A stretch of DNA of 63,392 nt from an uncultured Gammaproteobacteria bacterium. GTDB lineage: Bacteria; Patescibacteriota; Patescibacteriia; Patescibacteriales; XYC2-FULL-47-12. The notes below the pieces were generated by a model. The model was not told the DNA's origin. It did no database searches and worked only from the letters and a program-made list of their open reading frames with translations. Shown here in pieces: positions 46,401-63,392 of this stretch; positions within the stretch are counted from its first letter, which is position 1, and each line of letters opens with the position of its first letter. The stretch is taken from assembly GCA_964413295.1 (NCBI GenBank), contig CAYPRN010000001.1, positions 1-63,392 of the forward strand, written 5' to 3'. The translations under genes were made by a program, and so were the position numbers.

Positions 46401-49400
46401 TGGAACCACGGGGAATCCTCGTCCTAGTATAACAGACTTTTTTGTTGTATTGGGATGAGGATTTTTTTCTGTCATTCCCGCGAAAGCGGGAATCCAGAAA
46501 TAAAAAGGAGTGGATTCCCGCTTTCGCGGGAATGACAATATTAAGTTAATTATTTAACATAAAAATATGCCATCAAAAAATAATCAAAATTTAGAAAATA
46601 TGCGTCATTCTCTGTCTCATGTATTAATGCAGGCATTAGAAAATTTATATCAAGCTATTCCGGGTGTAGGGCCGGCGATTGATGATGGTTTTTACCATGA
46701 TTTTGATGCTACCTATCAGGTGACTGATGCTGATTTGCCAAAGATAGAAAAAGAAATGAAGAGGATTATTAAAGAAAATCTTAAGATAGAAAAAAAAGAA
46801 ATGCCGATTGACGAAGGCATCAAATTGTTAAAGAAAAAAGGATATAAATATACAGCTGAACTTGCTCAAGATTTGCAAACAGAGGGTGAATCTAAAATAT
46901 CATTTTATCAGCAGGGAGAATTTGAAAATATGTGCAAAGGTCCGCATGTAGCATCAACTGGAAAAATTAAAGCAAACGCCTTTAAGTTAACTAAAGTTGC
47001 TGGCGCTTATTGGAAAGGTGATGAAAAAAATAAGATGATTCAGCGCATCTACGGCGTAGCTTTTGATACTAAAAAAGAACTGGCAGATTATTTACAGATG
47101 ATGGAAGAAGCGGAAAAACGAGATCATCGGAAGTTAGGACAAGAATTAGGGTTGTTTATAATTGATGAAGAAGTTGGGCCAGGATTGCCTTTATGGATGC
47201 CTAATGGGGCAATTTTAAAACAAGAGATAGAGAAATTTGCTTTAAATGAATATCAAAAAAGAGGGTATAAATTAATACAAACACCACATATTGCTTCTCA
47301 AAAATTATTCAGCCAATCAGGGCATCTGGATTTTTATAAAGACGATATGTATTCGCCAATGGATATTGACGGAGAAGATTATTATATTAAGCCAATGAAT
47401 TGCCCGTTCCATGTAAAAATTTTCAAGCACAGCGCTAAAAGCTATCGCGATCTTCCTGTTCGCTATACTGAATTAGGCACAGTTTACCGCTATGAAAGAT
47501 CTGGGACATTGCATGGCTTGACTAGAGTGCGCGGATTTACTCAAGATGATGCTCATATAATTTGCACTCAAGATCAGTTAAAAAGTGAGCTGAAAGATGT
47601 TATTAATCTAACTAAATATATTTTAGAGACTTTTGGATTTGAAAAATTTAAAGTAGCTTTAAGCGTGCGTGATAAAAAAGATAAAGGCAAATATTTAGGC
47701 AATGATAAAGATTGGCAAATAGCTGAAGATGGATTAAGAGAAGCTCTTAAAGGAACGAGCTGGGATTTTGTAGAAGAAGAGGGAGAGGCAGTATTTTATG
47801 GGCCAAAAATTGATGTAAAAGTTTATGACGCAGTCGGCAGGGAATGGCAGATATCTACTATTCAGCTTGATTTTAATTTGCCTAAAAGATTTGATATGAA
47901 TTATATTGGCAAAGACAGTCAAAAGAAAAAACCATTTATGATTCATCGAGCATTATTAGGTTCATTAGAGAGATTTATAGGTGTATTAATTGAGCATTAT
48001 GCCGGCGCTTTTCCAGTTTGGCTTTCTCCAACACAGGTTAAGCTCGTAGCTGTCAGTGAAAAGCATATGGATTATTGCCAGAAGATAGCAGATGAATTTA
48101 AAGCAGAAAATATTAGAGTGGAAGTTGATATTTCTGATGAGACAGTGAGTAATAAAATACGAAAAGCTATTAAAGAAAAAATTCCGTATATGCTAGTTAT
48201 TGGCGATAAAGAAATGAATAGTAAAAATTTAATAGTGCGCGATAGGGGAAGTAAGGATACCAGGGAAATTGAAAAAGAGAAATTTTTTGAAGAAGTAAAA
48301 ACAGTCATAAGTCGTAAGACTTAAGACGTAAGAATGCAAAAGGTGATTTTATGATAGATAATATATTAAACAAATTACTCAAAGACGTTAAAGTTGATAA
48401 AAATAGAGTTACAAAGTCTATTAATACGATTTTATCACGATATAATCTTAACGAAGAAGATGTAACTATTTATCGTAAAAAACTTAAGCCATCTGAAATA
48501 TTTGTAGTGGCTGTTGAAGAATGTAATTTAAAAACAGCTAGAAAATTAGCAAAAGGGAAATATGCAGATATTTTTCCTGCCCCCATTACTATTTTAGAGT
48601 TTAAAGGAAAATATATTTTATTCATGGGTTCTAATCGAAGTATTGTTTTTGTCTTAAAGAAAAGAATGCCTGATTGCGTTATTATAACTATTCCAAATAT
48701 TAAACTAACACCGATAATAGTTTCTGAAGCGCGACAAACTTTAGAGCAAGTTATTGAGGCGCAACAATAAGCTTGGCAACACCATATTTTATCACTTTTC
48801 TATTTTATGCTATACTGATGTTAGTTGATTGAAACAAAACTAAGTAACTATTCAACTATTCAACTATTTAACCAATCAACTACTTAACTAATCTCTATGC
48901 CAATTACACCAAATATTAATAATAAAAATACAGTTAAAGATCAGTTAAAAGCTAAGGATAGGGAAATTCAGGGGCTGAAAGAGCTTTTATCTGAAGCTGA
49001 ATCAGAGATTAAGGAATTAAATGATTTTCATGGTTTTGATAAACCACGGGCTGGTATTTTAGAAAGTGAGTTTTTAAATAAGCTAATTAAACGCACTGCT
49101 TTTGCTTTGATTTGTATTGTCATAATTTTAGCTGGCTTATATCCGTGGCTTTTTAAAGATACATTTTTTACTGATGATAAAAAATTAGTTTTAGAAGAAG
49201 GAACTGAACTTGAAGATACATTGGCAGAAGATGAAAGCGCAGATCAGATTAAAGAACAGCCAGAGGAGGAAAAAACTGTGGCAGAGGAAGTAAAAGAAGA
49301 AGTAAAGCCAGCTAACGAGAATATTTTTAGCTCTGGCAAGGTAGTGGAAGTTGATTCTGATTTAGGCTGGTTAAATGTGCGTACTGAACCAAATGTGGAA

Positions 49401-52400
49401 AATGGCAAAATAATTAAAAAAATAAACAGCGGTGGTGAGTATGAGTGGTTGGAAAAGACTGAGAATAATTGGTATAAATTAGTCATTGATTCTAAAGGCA
49501 ATACCGGTTATGTCTCTGGTGAATATTTAATTGTGAAATAGAATATAAATAGGATTTATGCGTTTAAATTATAAATAGCACATAAATCTAGCGAATTAAA
49601 CGAATTTGTACGAATAAAATTTATTATTATTTATTTAATTCGTGTGCTAAAAATATAACAAAAAAGCAAATGCGTAAATTCTATAGATAAAAGAGCAGAA
49701 AAGTACTGCTCTTTTATTATTGAAATAAAAATAGAATCATGTTAAGCTGTGTAGATGAAAAAAACAAGCAATAAATTATTAGTAATAATCGGCCCAACGG
49801 CTACGGGCAAAACCAAGCTGGCAGTTAAGTTAGCACATGCTTATGATGGAGAAATTGTTAGCGCAGACAGCCGACAGGTTTATAAAGGAATGGACATCGG
49901 AACAGGGAAAGATCTACAGGAATACACAGTAGGAACAGGGCAGTGCACTGTTCCTATGAAGATTAATTATCACTTAATAGATGCGGTTTCTCCCAAGACG
50001 GAATTTAATTTAGCCAAATTTATGAAATTGGCTAACAAGGCGATTAAAGATATTCAGGTAAGAGGGAAGTTGCCTATTTTAGTCGGTGGCACGGGATTAT
50101 ACGCGCAGGCAATCATAGATGGCTATAATTTAAGTGAAACAAAGCCGGATAAGGCATTGCGTAACCGTCTAGAAAAAAAATCTGTAAAACAATTGCAAAC
50201 TATATTAAAAAAGTTAGATTCATCGTTCAAAGAAGATGTAAAAAATAAACGGTATTTAATTCGTTATATTGAAATAGTAAAACAAACTAAAAAACCGCTT
50301 AAGCAAGCTTTAACAAAGCAGGGAAGTGAGTATGATTATTTGATTTTAGGTATAACTTTTCCTCGTGAAATTATTAACCAGCGAATTGATGAACGCTTAG
50401 TTCAACGTATTGCCAGTGAAAATATGATTAAAGAAATAAAAGATTTACATTTTAATCCGCCAGCCGGCGGAGGAGTTAGCTGGAAACGATTAGAAAGTTT
50501 TGGCTTAGAATATAAATTTGTCAGTCAGTATTTACAGGGTAAGCTAGAGCTCGATGAAATGATTAATAAATTAGCAATTGCCATCCATCAATTTGCCAAA
50601 CGGCAGATGAGTTGGTTTCGGCGTTGGGAAAAACAGAAAACAGAGATTAAATGGATTAAAAATTATAATGAAGCTAAAAAATTAACGCAGGAGTGGTTGA
50701 AATAAAAAAAGAAGGCGGGCATAAAGCTCGCCTTTTATAATTAACCAAATCTTAATCCTTGTGCAGAATTTTTTCTAGCGCATTTATAACATTCAACTTC
50801 GGTTATTATACACTTGTCTGGATTAAAAATAGGATTTGGTTTTATTCCCCAATGTCCTTGTGGCCATCTGTATCCGCATTCTATACATACGAACCATTCT
50901 GTTTCTCTTATTGACAGGAACTCTCTATTTTTTTTTAAGGTCATCGGTATTATTCGGCACATGGTTATTTCTCCTTTTCTGAAAGATTGAAAGAGCTATA
51001 AAAAAATACCTCCCCTAGGAAATAGGGGAGGTATTTAAGATTATAATCTCAAATTTTATTTTGTATCTATTTTTTGTTTGTCTCGCCATAGTCCCACTCA
51101 GCGGGACGGAGGCGGATGTATTTTGTTTTGTCATACTCTGCTACTAATTCTATGCTGATTAGGGAAGTATGTCAAATAATATTTTTTTAGCTTGTATTAG
51201 TTAAAATTTATCTACCTGTGGATAACTTATTTGATATTTGTCAAAATAATTTTTCTAGCTTTCTGTGGATTGGCCTTACCATTACTTTCCTTCATGACTT
51301 GTCCAACCAGAAATTGAATCGCATTTTCTTTGCCAGCTTTATATTCGTCAACTGCTTTTTGATTATTAATCAAGATGTCTTTAATAATCCCCTCCAGTTC
51401 CCCGTCATCTTCCATTTGTTCTAATCCTTTGGTCTTCATAATTTCTGACGGGTCAGTCCCCTGCTTAAACATTTCAGAAAAAATCATTTGAGCGGCCGTG
51501 GAATTGATTTTTTTTTCATATATTAAGGATATGAATTTAGCAAAATCTAGGGCGGTAATTTTAATTTTTTTTACATTAATTTTTTCTTCTTTAAGATGTT
51601 TAAATAATTCGGTGCCAATCCAATTGCCGGTTAGTTTAGCTAATTTAGCATGCGCTGTTTTCCATTTTTTGTCGTCAGCCTGTAATTGCGCTCGTAGTTC
51701 AGAAATAATTTGTTCTACATAATCAGCAATATTTTTGTCAGTAGTTAAAATTTTTGCATCATAATCAGAAAATCCATACTGCTTTTTAAATCGTTTTTTC
51801 TTAACTAATGGCAATTCAATCAAATCAGCTCTGATTTTTTCCAGCCAATCCGCGTCAATAATAATCGGCGAGATATCTGGATCAGGGAAGTAACGGTAAT
51901 CATTAGCCTCTTCTTTAGTTCGTTGGCTGATAGTTTTTTGTTTTTTATCATCCCAGCCACGAGTCTCTTGTATTAATGGTCCATTATTATTTAAGACCTC
52001 TGCTTGTCTTTTTATTTCATACTCAATCGCTTTTTCCAGCGCTTTAAATGATCCAATATTTTTAACTTCTGTTTTTGGATTTAATTTATAATCGCCGATT
52101 GGTTCAATCTGACAATTGCCTTTATATTCCCATTTTCTTTTTTCTTGCACACTAATATTTGCTTCACAGCGCATTTGTCCTTTCTCTATATCTGCTTCAG
52201 AAATTTTTAAATAGCGCAAAATTTGTTGATAAGCTTGGCAGAATTTTTTTGCCTCTTCAGCTGATGCTATAACTGGCTCAGTAACGAGCTCCATTAAAGG
52301 GGAGCTAGCGCGGTTATAATCTGCGAGCGAATAGTTTTTACCGGCCGGATGAGTTAATTTACCAGCATCTTCTTCTAAATGAATACGAGTAATTTTAATA

Positions 52401-55400
52401 GTTTGTCCATCAACTTCAAGCTGTCCACCATTAACTAAAGGTAGATCATATTGGGATATTTGATAAGCCTTAGGTAAATCAGGATAAAAATAATGTTTGC
52501 GATCAAATTTTGAATAGTCATTAACTTGGCAATCTAAAGCCAAACCGGTCAAAATAGTCCATTCAATCGCCTGCTTATTAGCCACTGGCAAAGTCCCCGG
52601 ATGGCCTAAGCAAATAGGGCAGACAGTTGTATTCGGCTCTTTGTTTACATCTTCATTCAAGTTTGCGCAACGGCAGAACATTTTGGATTTAGTGTTGAGT
52701 TGAACATGGATCTCTAGTCCTATAATAGTATCGTAGATCATTGTTAATTTAGATAGTTTTTAAATTATGGCACACGAATTGAAAGAATCGAACGAATCAA
52801 CAGGAATTCGTGTAAATTTATTTAATTCATTCAATTCGTGTGCCATCTTCTGATTTAAATTTTATCTTAAAACACAACAAAAAACAAGCCCTTGACTTGA
52901 ACTAAAAATTTAGGTAGTATGGACTTGTAGTTTTTTATATAAAAAACAGGAGGGAATAATAATTATGAGTGATGTAAAGCCATGTTGGGAATGTGATTCG
53001 TGCAGAAAAACGAGTGGTAAAGGATGTGTTCAAAATATATGCCATACAACTGATACTAGCGAATGTCAGAGATGTAAAACTTCTAATCTTTGTTTAAACG
53101 GGAGAATGCGAGCCTCATGAGCCTTGTTCCATATTTTCTAAACCTCTTAATACTATGCATTTGTAAAAAAGAAAGTATCAAAACCCTCCACTACTCCCAA
53201 ACCCATCATTACTTCTCTCTGTTTCATCTAATACGTCAGATTCTATTATGTCTGGCGTTTTTATTTTTTGAATAAGAAGTTGGGCAATTTTTTGCCCTTT
53301 TTGAATATTATAAATGTCTTGAGAAAGATTGACGACTAAAATTTTTAATTCTCCGCGATAACCAGAATCAATTACTCCGCCCATAGTATGCAATCCACTG
53401 GCTGCTATACCGCTTTTATCCCAGACTAAACCGACATGATTTTTAGGAATAGCCATTTGAATACCAGTGCTGATAATTGCCCGTTCATTCTCATGTAGCG
53501 TATAATAATCATTAGCGCAAATGTCTAAGCCGGCATCATCAGCATGCGCTCTAGTTAATAATTTAACATCAGGATTTATCTTTTTTATTTTTAATATATC
53601 AGTTTCTGTGTTCTGTGGTGAAAGAGCAGAATTTACAATAGGATTATTATTATTTAAAAAATGAGTTTTTTGATCTGGGGTTTGATTTATTATTTCCATT
53701 TCTGCATGTGGAGACGGCGCTGGATAAGCTTGCTGTATTAAATTTTCAAAGTATTCAGTTTCAGTTACTATAGATTGTTTTACAGAATTTTTTATTTTTT
53801 TCCAAATTGCTTGATGCACTTCGTCAATAGTTGAATTAGCATTGATTAAATGCCAATTTTTTTCTTGTCCTAAACGTAAATGAATTTCCCGTACTTTTTG
53901 GGTAAGTTCATTATTTTTTTCATGAACATGTTGTTGTTCAATCGCTTCTGTAAAACGTTCGCCATTTAATAAAATAGCAATATCTTCAGCTAATAAATGC
54001 CCATTAATATATTTTAAAAATTGCTCATCAACTCCAGCGCCAATGCCCCAGGCCAGTCCAGTGCCAGTATAATCTTCAGCTACAATAGTTATGCCGTCAG
54101 TTAATTTTTTTTCTAAATTAGACTGATATTGTGTGCGGTTTAAAGTATAAATTATTTGCGCTTCTCGAGCAGACAGTTTGTAAAAATTTCCTCGCCTTAA
54201 ATAATCATTTAAGAGTGTGCCAGAAGGAATTAAATCATAAAGTGGATATTTTAAATATTCAGCTGTTATTCCTTCTGACTGTAATTTTTCAACTAACAAT
54301 TTTGCTTGCGTGCTTTTTCCTAAATTATTAATACCATAAAGGACAATAAATTTACCTCGTTGTTTTGTTGATTCAGTTGTTTGAGAAGAATTATTTTGCA
54401 TGAGTTTAAATAATAAAAAGACAAGCCGAACCTTGCCCCCTTTGTTTATTTATAAAGCCCAAATTCCAAAACCCTAAATTCAAAATAAATCCAAAATATA
54501 AAACTTAAATTTCTAAAACAGTAGTTTTGAATTTTAATAATTTGTGCTTTAAATTTGTTTTGAGTTTTGTGCTTAGGATTTTGGAATTAAATCAGAAATT
54601 ATTTCATTAACCTGCTGATGTAATTCCTCTGTTGTTCCATTATTATTAATAACATAATCAGCAATTTCCGCAACTTTTAAAATTTCTTGTTCAGTTTCTG
54701 CTTGATTATCTTTTTCAAATTGCTCAAAAGTTTTAAATTGATCATCTGTATTTTCCTGTCGTTCAATAATTCGTTCGTACCTTTTTTTAATATCTGTTTG
54801 AACATAAATCAACTTGAATTCAGGTATTTTTTTTAAATAAGTAATATCAGAAAAACGGCGAACCCCGTCTATTATAATAAATTGATTTTTATCACTAGCA
54901 ACATCTTCAGCAATTACTTTTGCCAACAAATCTTGTCCAAAATGTTCGCGTAGAACAGTAGATATATTTTGCATGTTTTGGCGGTTAACTTCAAGATAGA
55001 GTCGTTGCAGTAAATCACGTAGGGAGGTGGAGAATTTATGCTGTGAAGCATTATATTTGCTTGCTAAATAGTTTACTACAGTTCCTTTGCCACTGGCAAT
55101 TTCACCTACTAAACCTAGAATTATTTTGTTCATAAAAAAGTTGTAAATTGAAAATTATTGTGTGGTCTTGACAAGAGTTTAATTAGATGATATACTTGAT
55201 TATTCAGTAAATTTGCTATTTTATAAAATCCAAAAGGAGGTAAAAAAAATGAGTATCATTTGCACGAAAATCGCAGGACTTATTTTTCTCACTGCTGTCG
55301 CATGTTTTTGGGGTCATATATCGCGCCAGACAGCAAAAACTGATAGTAAGGTATTAGCATTAATACCTGCAGGTTTTTCTGCTCTTTGTGTCGGACTTTC

Positions 55401-58400
55401 TCATTTTCTTTGGTAATATTTTAAACACCTGAAAGGAGGTGTAAAATGTTAAACTTAGTTCTACTATTATCATTGGTTTTTGCAATTATTGGTTTTATTT
55501 ACCAACTTACAGCCATTAAGCGGTCTTTAGATGGTAAAGTGGCGAAAGCATATGAAAGAATGAGTTTAGCAGTAGGCTATTGAGCTATCGCCTATTTATT
55601 TCTCATCATTTTCATGTTAGCGACATGAAAAAAAGAATATCCTCAATCAAAACGTTGACATAGTTGACGTTTTTTTTATTTAAGTATCAGATGTCAATTG
55701 TCAGCTGTTAATTGTCAGTTCTCTGTGTTATATCCTGTGCACCTCTTCTAACATCCCAATCATCAAGGTCTAGATCAGTGTATAATTTCATTTCCGGATA
55801 TATTTCTAACATAGCATGATGCATTTGATGAGCAATTTTTCTTAAAGTAGGATGCACAGCTATCCCTGAACGTAATTCTAACACATAAACAGCCGCCGGC
55901 AAAGCATAAGTAGTTCGACAAGCCACATTAAATCCCATGGCAATATAGTACTGTTTGTTAATTGCTGTAGTATTAAGACTATTAATAGCTTCTTTTTGTT
56001 TAATAATTAACTGTTCAGCTTCTTGTCTTAAATCACTTGGCAATTGATCTAAATACCATTGGTTAAATCCTAAATTAGTTGTTAATAAAGGCATGCGACA
56101 GACACCATTGCGATGTCGCTGTATATCCCTAAATGAACCAAAATCTAGTAGAAAATCAAAAGTAATTTGACCTAGCTCACTTAAAAAATGTGGTAAACAA
56201 GTTTTAGGACTCCTAGATTGAATAATATCATCATATTGGCGCATTTGCATGGTAGATAGGGAAGTTGTGTAAGAAAAATTTGAAGCAACCTGTGATGGGT
56301 TATAATAGTTATATTTATCATTTGATTCTTTACGATATTCTTCTTGCTCATTATCTAATTCATGGCTAAAACTATGAGAATATTTTTCTTTCAACAGTTT
56401 GTGCATTTTATTAGCAATATCCCTTACTTCTCCTAATGGATTATGTCTTAATAAAGCCAATTTATCCCAAGCTTGTCGTAAATTAGTATGCCAGCTTAAT
56501 TGAGTAGTAATGCCGGCTGGTAAAAATCCTCTTAAAATATCAAAAGAGCGAGCTTGTAATGCTTTTTCATAAATTTTTTCCTGTTCTTCTGGTTGGCGCG
56601 GATATTTATGACGTAAATGCTCTATAACCCTTTTAGAACTATTTAAGTAAAAATCCATCCAACGTTTTAGAATTGCTTTTGATTCAAAAGTTTTTACTGG
56701 ATCAATAATCGGCTGTTTAGACATATCAACATAGCGGGTACTGGTTTCTTGTCCAGCGTATAATGGCCAATCTTGTACTGCCTTATCTGCCAACATGCTT
56801 AAGCCCTCAATAAATAAAGTTGTGCTACCACAGTCAGCAATGCTATGGTGGCCATAGCCGACATAAAATTTTTCCATAAATTTGCCTGATCCGCTTTGCT
56901 TTACTTTTTCAACATGTTCAACTACGCTAGCAGCACTACGTGAATATAAGGCCTGCATCATAGCTGTATCTTCTGGATTAAATTCATCATAAAGAAAAAT
57001 TTTGGCCATACTAGCCGGAACGCCAGACATAATATTTTCAAAAGCAAGTCCATTATTACTAATTGAATTTTCCATATTTAATTCTTTATTTTTTTGCCTG
57101 GTTTGATCTCGAGGTGTCATATCGTCATAAATAGTCATAGTGTCAGTAATTATTTTAAATTCAATATTAGCTTCTGCAAAAATTTCTTTACTTCTATCAC
57201 CAGCATGATAATCCTGTTCACAGATAACTTTTTTAATGCCCGTATTAATAATCATTTTAGCGCAAACATAACAAGGGGTCATTTTGCAGTATAAAACACC
57301 ATCCTTTAAGGAAACACCGACTCGAGCAGCTTGGCAAATAGCGTTTTGTTCTGCATGAGTGGTACGAATACAATGGCGAGATTCACGCCCGTCCTCATGA
57401 TTAACCGTATGCATTTCATGACCAACATCATCACAATGAGCAATGCCAATAGGAGAGCCGACATAGCCAGTGGCAATAATTCGTCGATCTTTAGTAATAA
57501 CACAGCCAGAACGACCGCGATCGCAAGTACCTCTTTCTCCAATTATTTTCACAATGTTCATAAAATATTCATCCCATGAAGGGCGATTGTATTTTTGTTC
57601 ATTTTCCATATTTTTAGGTAAAAAAATAAAAGGTATTAATCACCTCCTTAATTATTGTATATTTTACGTATTTCAGTTATAGATAGCACGCGAATTGAAC
57701 GAATTATATAAATATTAGCGAATTTTATTCGTGTAAATTCGTTTAATTTGTTAAATTCGTGTGCTAAAGTGCTTAATAAAAAAGTAAACGTACAAGTTTT
57801 TAATATTATTTATATTTTTAGTATAGGACTGCTTGCACTGCGTAGCTTTAGTGAAGAGGTGTGGAAAAGTTATTATCAAGCTATATCATTTTAGCAAATT
57901 ATAGCAGGGAAGGCAAAAAACATTTTACATGACACCATAAACGTGTAACGCATAACAAAAAACGCCCCAGCGAGGCGTCTGTTGTGCGTTATGTGTTTCA
58001 CGTTATGCGAGTTATGCGTTCACCTTTATCCCTGGTCCCATGCCGGAAGAAATGCTGATATTTTGCAGATAAGTTCCTTTAGAACTGGCTGGCTTAGCTT
58101 TTTTAATAGCGTTAATAGCAGTTTTAAAATTAGTTATTAAGTCCGGGCTGTTATTAGATACTTTTCCTAAAACAAGATGTAAATTTCCACCAGCGTCATT
58201 TTTTATATCAATTTTTCCTTTTTTAATTTCTTCAATTGCATTTTTAATATCAGTAGTAATAGTGTTATTTTTTGGCGAAGGCATTAAACCACGAGGACCT
58301 AATACACGAGCGGCTGGCGCTAAAGCCTTCATCATATCTGGCGTAGCAACGGCTACATCAAAATCAGTTTTTTTAGTTTGAATAATTTTTTTAATTAAAT

Positions 58401-61065
58401 CTTCTCCACCGATAATATCAGCCCCAGCGTCTTTAGCTGTTTTTTCATTATCAGGTCCAACAAAAGCAATGATGGTTCTTTTTTTACCAACAGATTTAGG
58501 GAAGGTGATAGCAATACGAACTTGCTGTTCTCCTTTTTTAGTATCAATTCCTAAACGAGTATGAAGCTCAATATTAGCGTCAAATTTTACTTTTGAAGTT
58601 TGTTTTGCTAATTCCATAGCTTCTTCAATTGGATAAATTTTTGTTTTTTCAACAAGATTTTTTGTTTCTTCCGTTTTAGTTATTTTTTTTGGCATAAGTT
58701 TTTGTGGTAATAACGATTAATTATTATATGTAATCTTCCACAGTTATTTAATTATTATTATTGTGATATTGTCATTGCGAAGCGTAGCGAAGCAATCCCG
58801 TGAGTATTGATAAATGCTTTGTTAACACTATTATTTAATCTTCACGGGATTGCCACGCCTCCGCTAAAGCTCCGGATCGCAATGACAGTTATTTAACCTC
58901 AATTCCCATTTGTCTAGCAGTTCCGGCAATAATATCAGCAGCCGCTTCAATATCATGAGCATTTAAGTCAGCCATTTTCTTTTCGGCTATTTCTTTAAGT
59001 TGAGCGCGGGTAACAGTACCAACTTTTTCAGTTAATGGATTTCCAGCGCCTTTTTTAATTTTAGCTGCTTGTTTTAATAATTCAGAAGCAGGTGGACTTT
59101 TCATAATAAAGTCATAACTTCTGTCCTTGAAAACAGTAATTTCAACAGGAACTAAATCGCCCATTTTATCTTTACTAGCCTCATTAAATTTAGTGCAGAA
59201 TTCTTGAATATTTAAACCAGCTTGTCCTAGGGCAGGGCCAACTGGAGGCGCAGGGTTAGCTTGTCCTCCTCGTATTTGTAATTTTATTTTTGTTAGTATT
59301 TCTTTCATAGAATTTATTTTGTTTATATTTAAAAAGTTTATGATTCTTTGATCCGAATTTATCATATCAACTTATAGATTCCTGCAACTATCCGAATGTT
59401 CCGAATGTTTACTACAAATTCTGCGAATTATTTTATCCTAATTTGGGGCATTCGGATAGTTGCATGAAATTGTAATTCAGCATAGTGGATTTAGATTAAA
59501 GGTTTGATGTACTAATAAATCCAAACAACCTAACTTGAACTATATTTTTTTAATCTGCAGAAAGTCCAAGTTAACAGGTGTTTCTCGGCCGAACATTGAA
59601 ACCAAAACTTTAATTTTTCCTTTATCATGGTCAACTTCAATAACTTTTCCTTCCATATTCTTAAACGGACCGTCAGTGATGCTAATAAGATCATCTTCAT
59701 TAATATCAATAACATAAGTCGGTTCATCAACACCCATTCTTTTTTGCAATGATTTAATTTCTTTTTCAGAGATAGGTGTTGGTACAGTGCCTGTTCCGAT
59801 AAATCCGGTTACATTAGGAGTGTTGCGCACCACATACCAAGAGTCATCAGTTACAACCATGTTAACCAAAACATAACCAGGAAAAATTTTTTCTTCAATG
59901 ACTTGGCGTTTGCCATTTTTAATTTTTATCTTTTTTTCCTTAGGAATGATGATGTCAAAAATTTTATCTTCCATATCCATTGATTCCACTCTTTGCTTTA
60001 AATTACGGACTACATTTTCTTCATAACCACTGTAGGTATTAATTACATACCATCGTTTTCCTAAGTTAGCTGTTTGTTTAGCCATATCGTTTAGTTAATT
60101 AGTTGCCCTACTTATTTAAAGTTGAGGATTAGATGATGTTTAAAATTAATCAACTATATAACTAGTTAATTATCTAACCAAGTTACTTAAGTATAAATTC
60201 AAATAACCAATTAAAAATATAATCAAGTCCACCCAGATAGGCTGCCACAGCCAAACTTATAGCAATAACTAAAATAGTATATTGTTGAGTCTCTTTTTTA
60301 CTAGGCCAAGTAACCTTTTTCATTTCCACAAAAGAGGATTTGATATAATCGCTAGTTTTATTGATAATATTCATATAGAAGTAATTTAGTGCCGATTTAA
60401 AACGTTTATGATTTTTTAATACAAATACTTCCTACGGACTTATATATTGCGTGCAACTATCCGAATGCCACGAATTTTATAACATCTCTACCTTTTTGTA
60501 TTTAAAAACAGCCCTTGCGAGGCAGTTTTTATATTGATTATATTATAGAGGATATAAATTTTTTTGTCAAATCTTTTATTTTCCCCACAAATCTACAAAT
60601 CAGCTACAAATAATACAAATCTCTATTTTTGTAGATTATTTGGATTTAAAACTCTAATAAATTTAACGCCATTAGGCGTGAAGTTTGCTAAAATTGCCAG
60701 TTTTAAACCAGTAATTTGCAAATATTGTTTAATTTGATCCATATTTTGTTTTGAAAAATGATTTCCTTTTTTAAGCTCTAAAACTATTTTATTATCTACC
60801 ACAAAATCTATATAATTCATTGCTATCACTTTTCCACTAGCTACAATCTGATATGACGCTTGCCTAACATATTTTATACTCTGATTAATAAAATATTGCT
60901 CGGTTCCTTGTTCATAGTATTTTTCTTTATATCCATATCCTAAATCATTATATACATCAAATAATATGCCTACTATCTGATAGCTTAAATCTTTATACAA
61001 TACTTCATTGTCATTCATAGTATTTGTATTATTTGTAGCTGATTTGTAGATTTGTGGGGTGGTTA

Positions 61066-63162
<2,097 letters not shown>

Positions 63163-63392
63163 TTATCTTAAATATCAGAATTTCTGATTTGTTTTTTCGT
63201 TATATTTTTAGCACACGAATTATATAAATATTAGCGAATTTTATTTGTGTAAATTCGTTTAATTTGCTAAATTCGTGTGCTATTTATAATTTAAATATGT
63301 AAGTTTTGATATTATTATTTTAGCACACTTTTTTAAGTAAGGAAAGTTGACATAATTTATTAAATATGCTAAGTTTTTTGTAGCATAAAATA

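Overview
This is an AT-rich, gene-dense bacterial chromosome segment using the standard genetic code. TAA, TAG and TGA all terminate conserved genes. Gene style suggests a Patescibacteria/CPR-like organism, which is an inference: many small membrane proteins, a T4SS-pilin-like protein, compact aaRS genes and near-consensus TTGACA-N17-TATAAT promoters. Recognisable content: tRNA-Asn, a GIY-YIG nuclease, csp, typA, a P-type ATPase, metG, a DsbA-like protein, cvpA-like, tsaC, tatD, a tRNA with an Arg-like loop, a full F1Fo ATP synthase operon (atpZ/I-B-E-F-H-A-[orf]-G-D-C) followed by a beta-carbonic-anhydrase-like gene, a UvrD/AddA-type helicase-nuclease, DUF721, pheS/pheT, dnaE, a T-box leader plus thrS, miaA, gatB, a pyrimidine deoxynucleotide module with two gene fusions (Tmk-Dut and dCMP deaminase-ThyX), rplA, rplK, nusG, secE, two GxxExxY-type nuclease genes (one broken) and gyrB. 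I saw no rRNA, CRISPR array, transposase or integrase. The dominant unexplained signal is a dense population of short palindromic or TIR-bounded repeat families. They occupy most intergenic spacers, including nearly every spacer of the atp operon. Several also occur in frame inside conserved housekeeping genes (atpA, atpG, atpH, P-type ATPase, helicase, pheT, miaA, gyrB), with near-identical copies in intergenic DNA, much like Rickettsia palindromic elements. One GxxExxY nuclease gene is hugged by perfect 38-bp inverted repeats, and an ORF-less derivative sits elsewhere, so it is a candidate autonomous partner. Other leads are a three-gene cassette of unknown function with its own consensus promoter and terminator, foreign ORFs inside the atp and pheST operons, a Cys-rich small peptide gene, and a tRNA with a non-canonical anticodon loop length. 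Coordinates of repeats and small ORFs were hand-indexed and may be off by a few nt.
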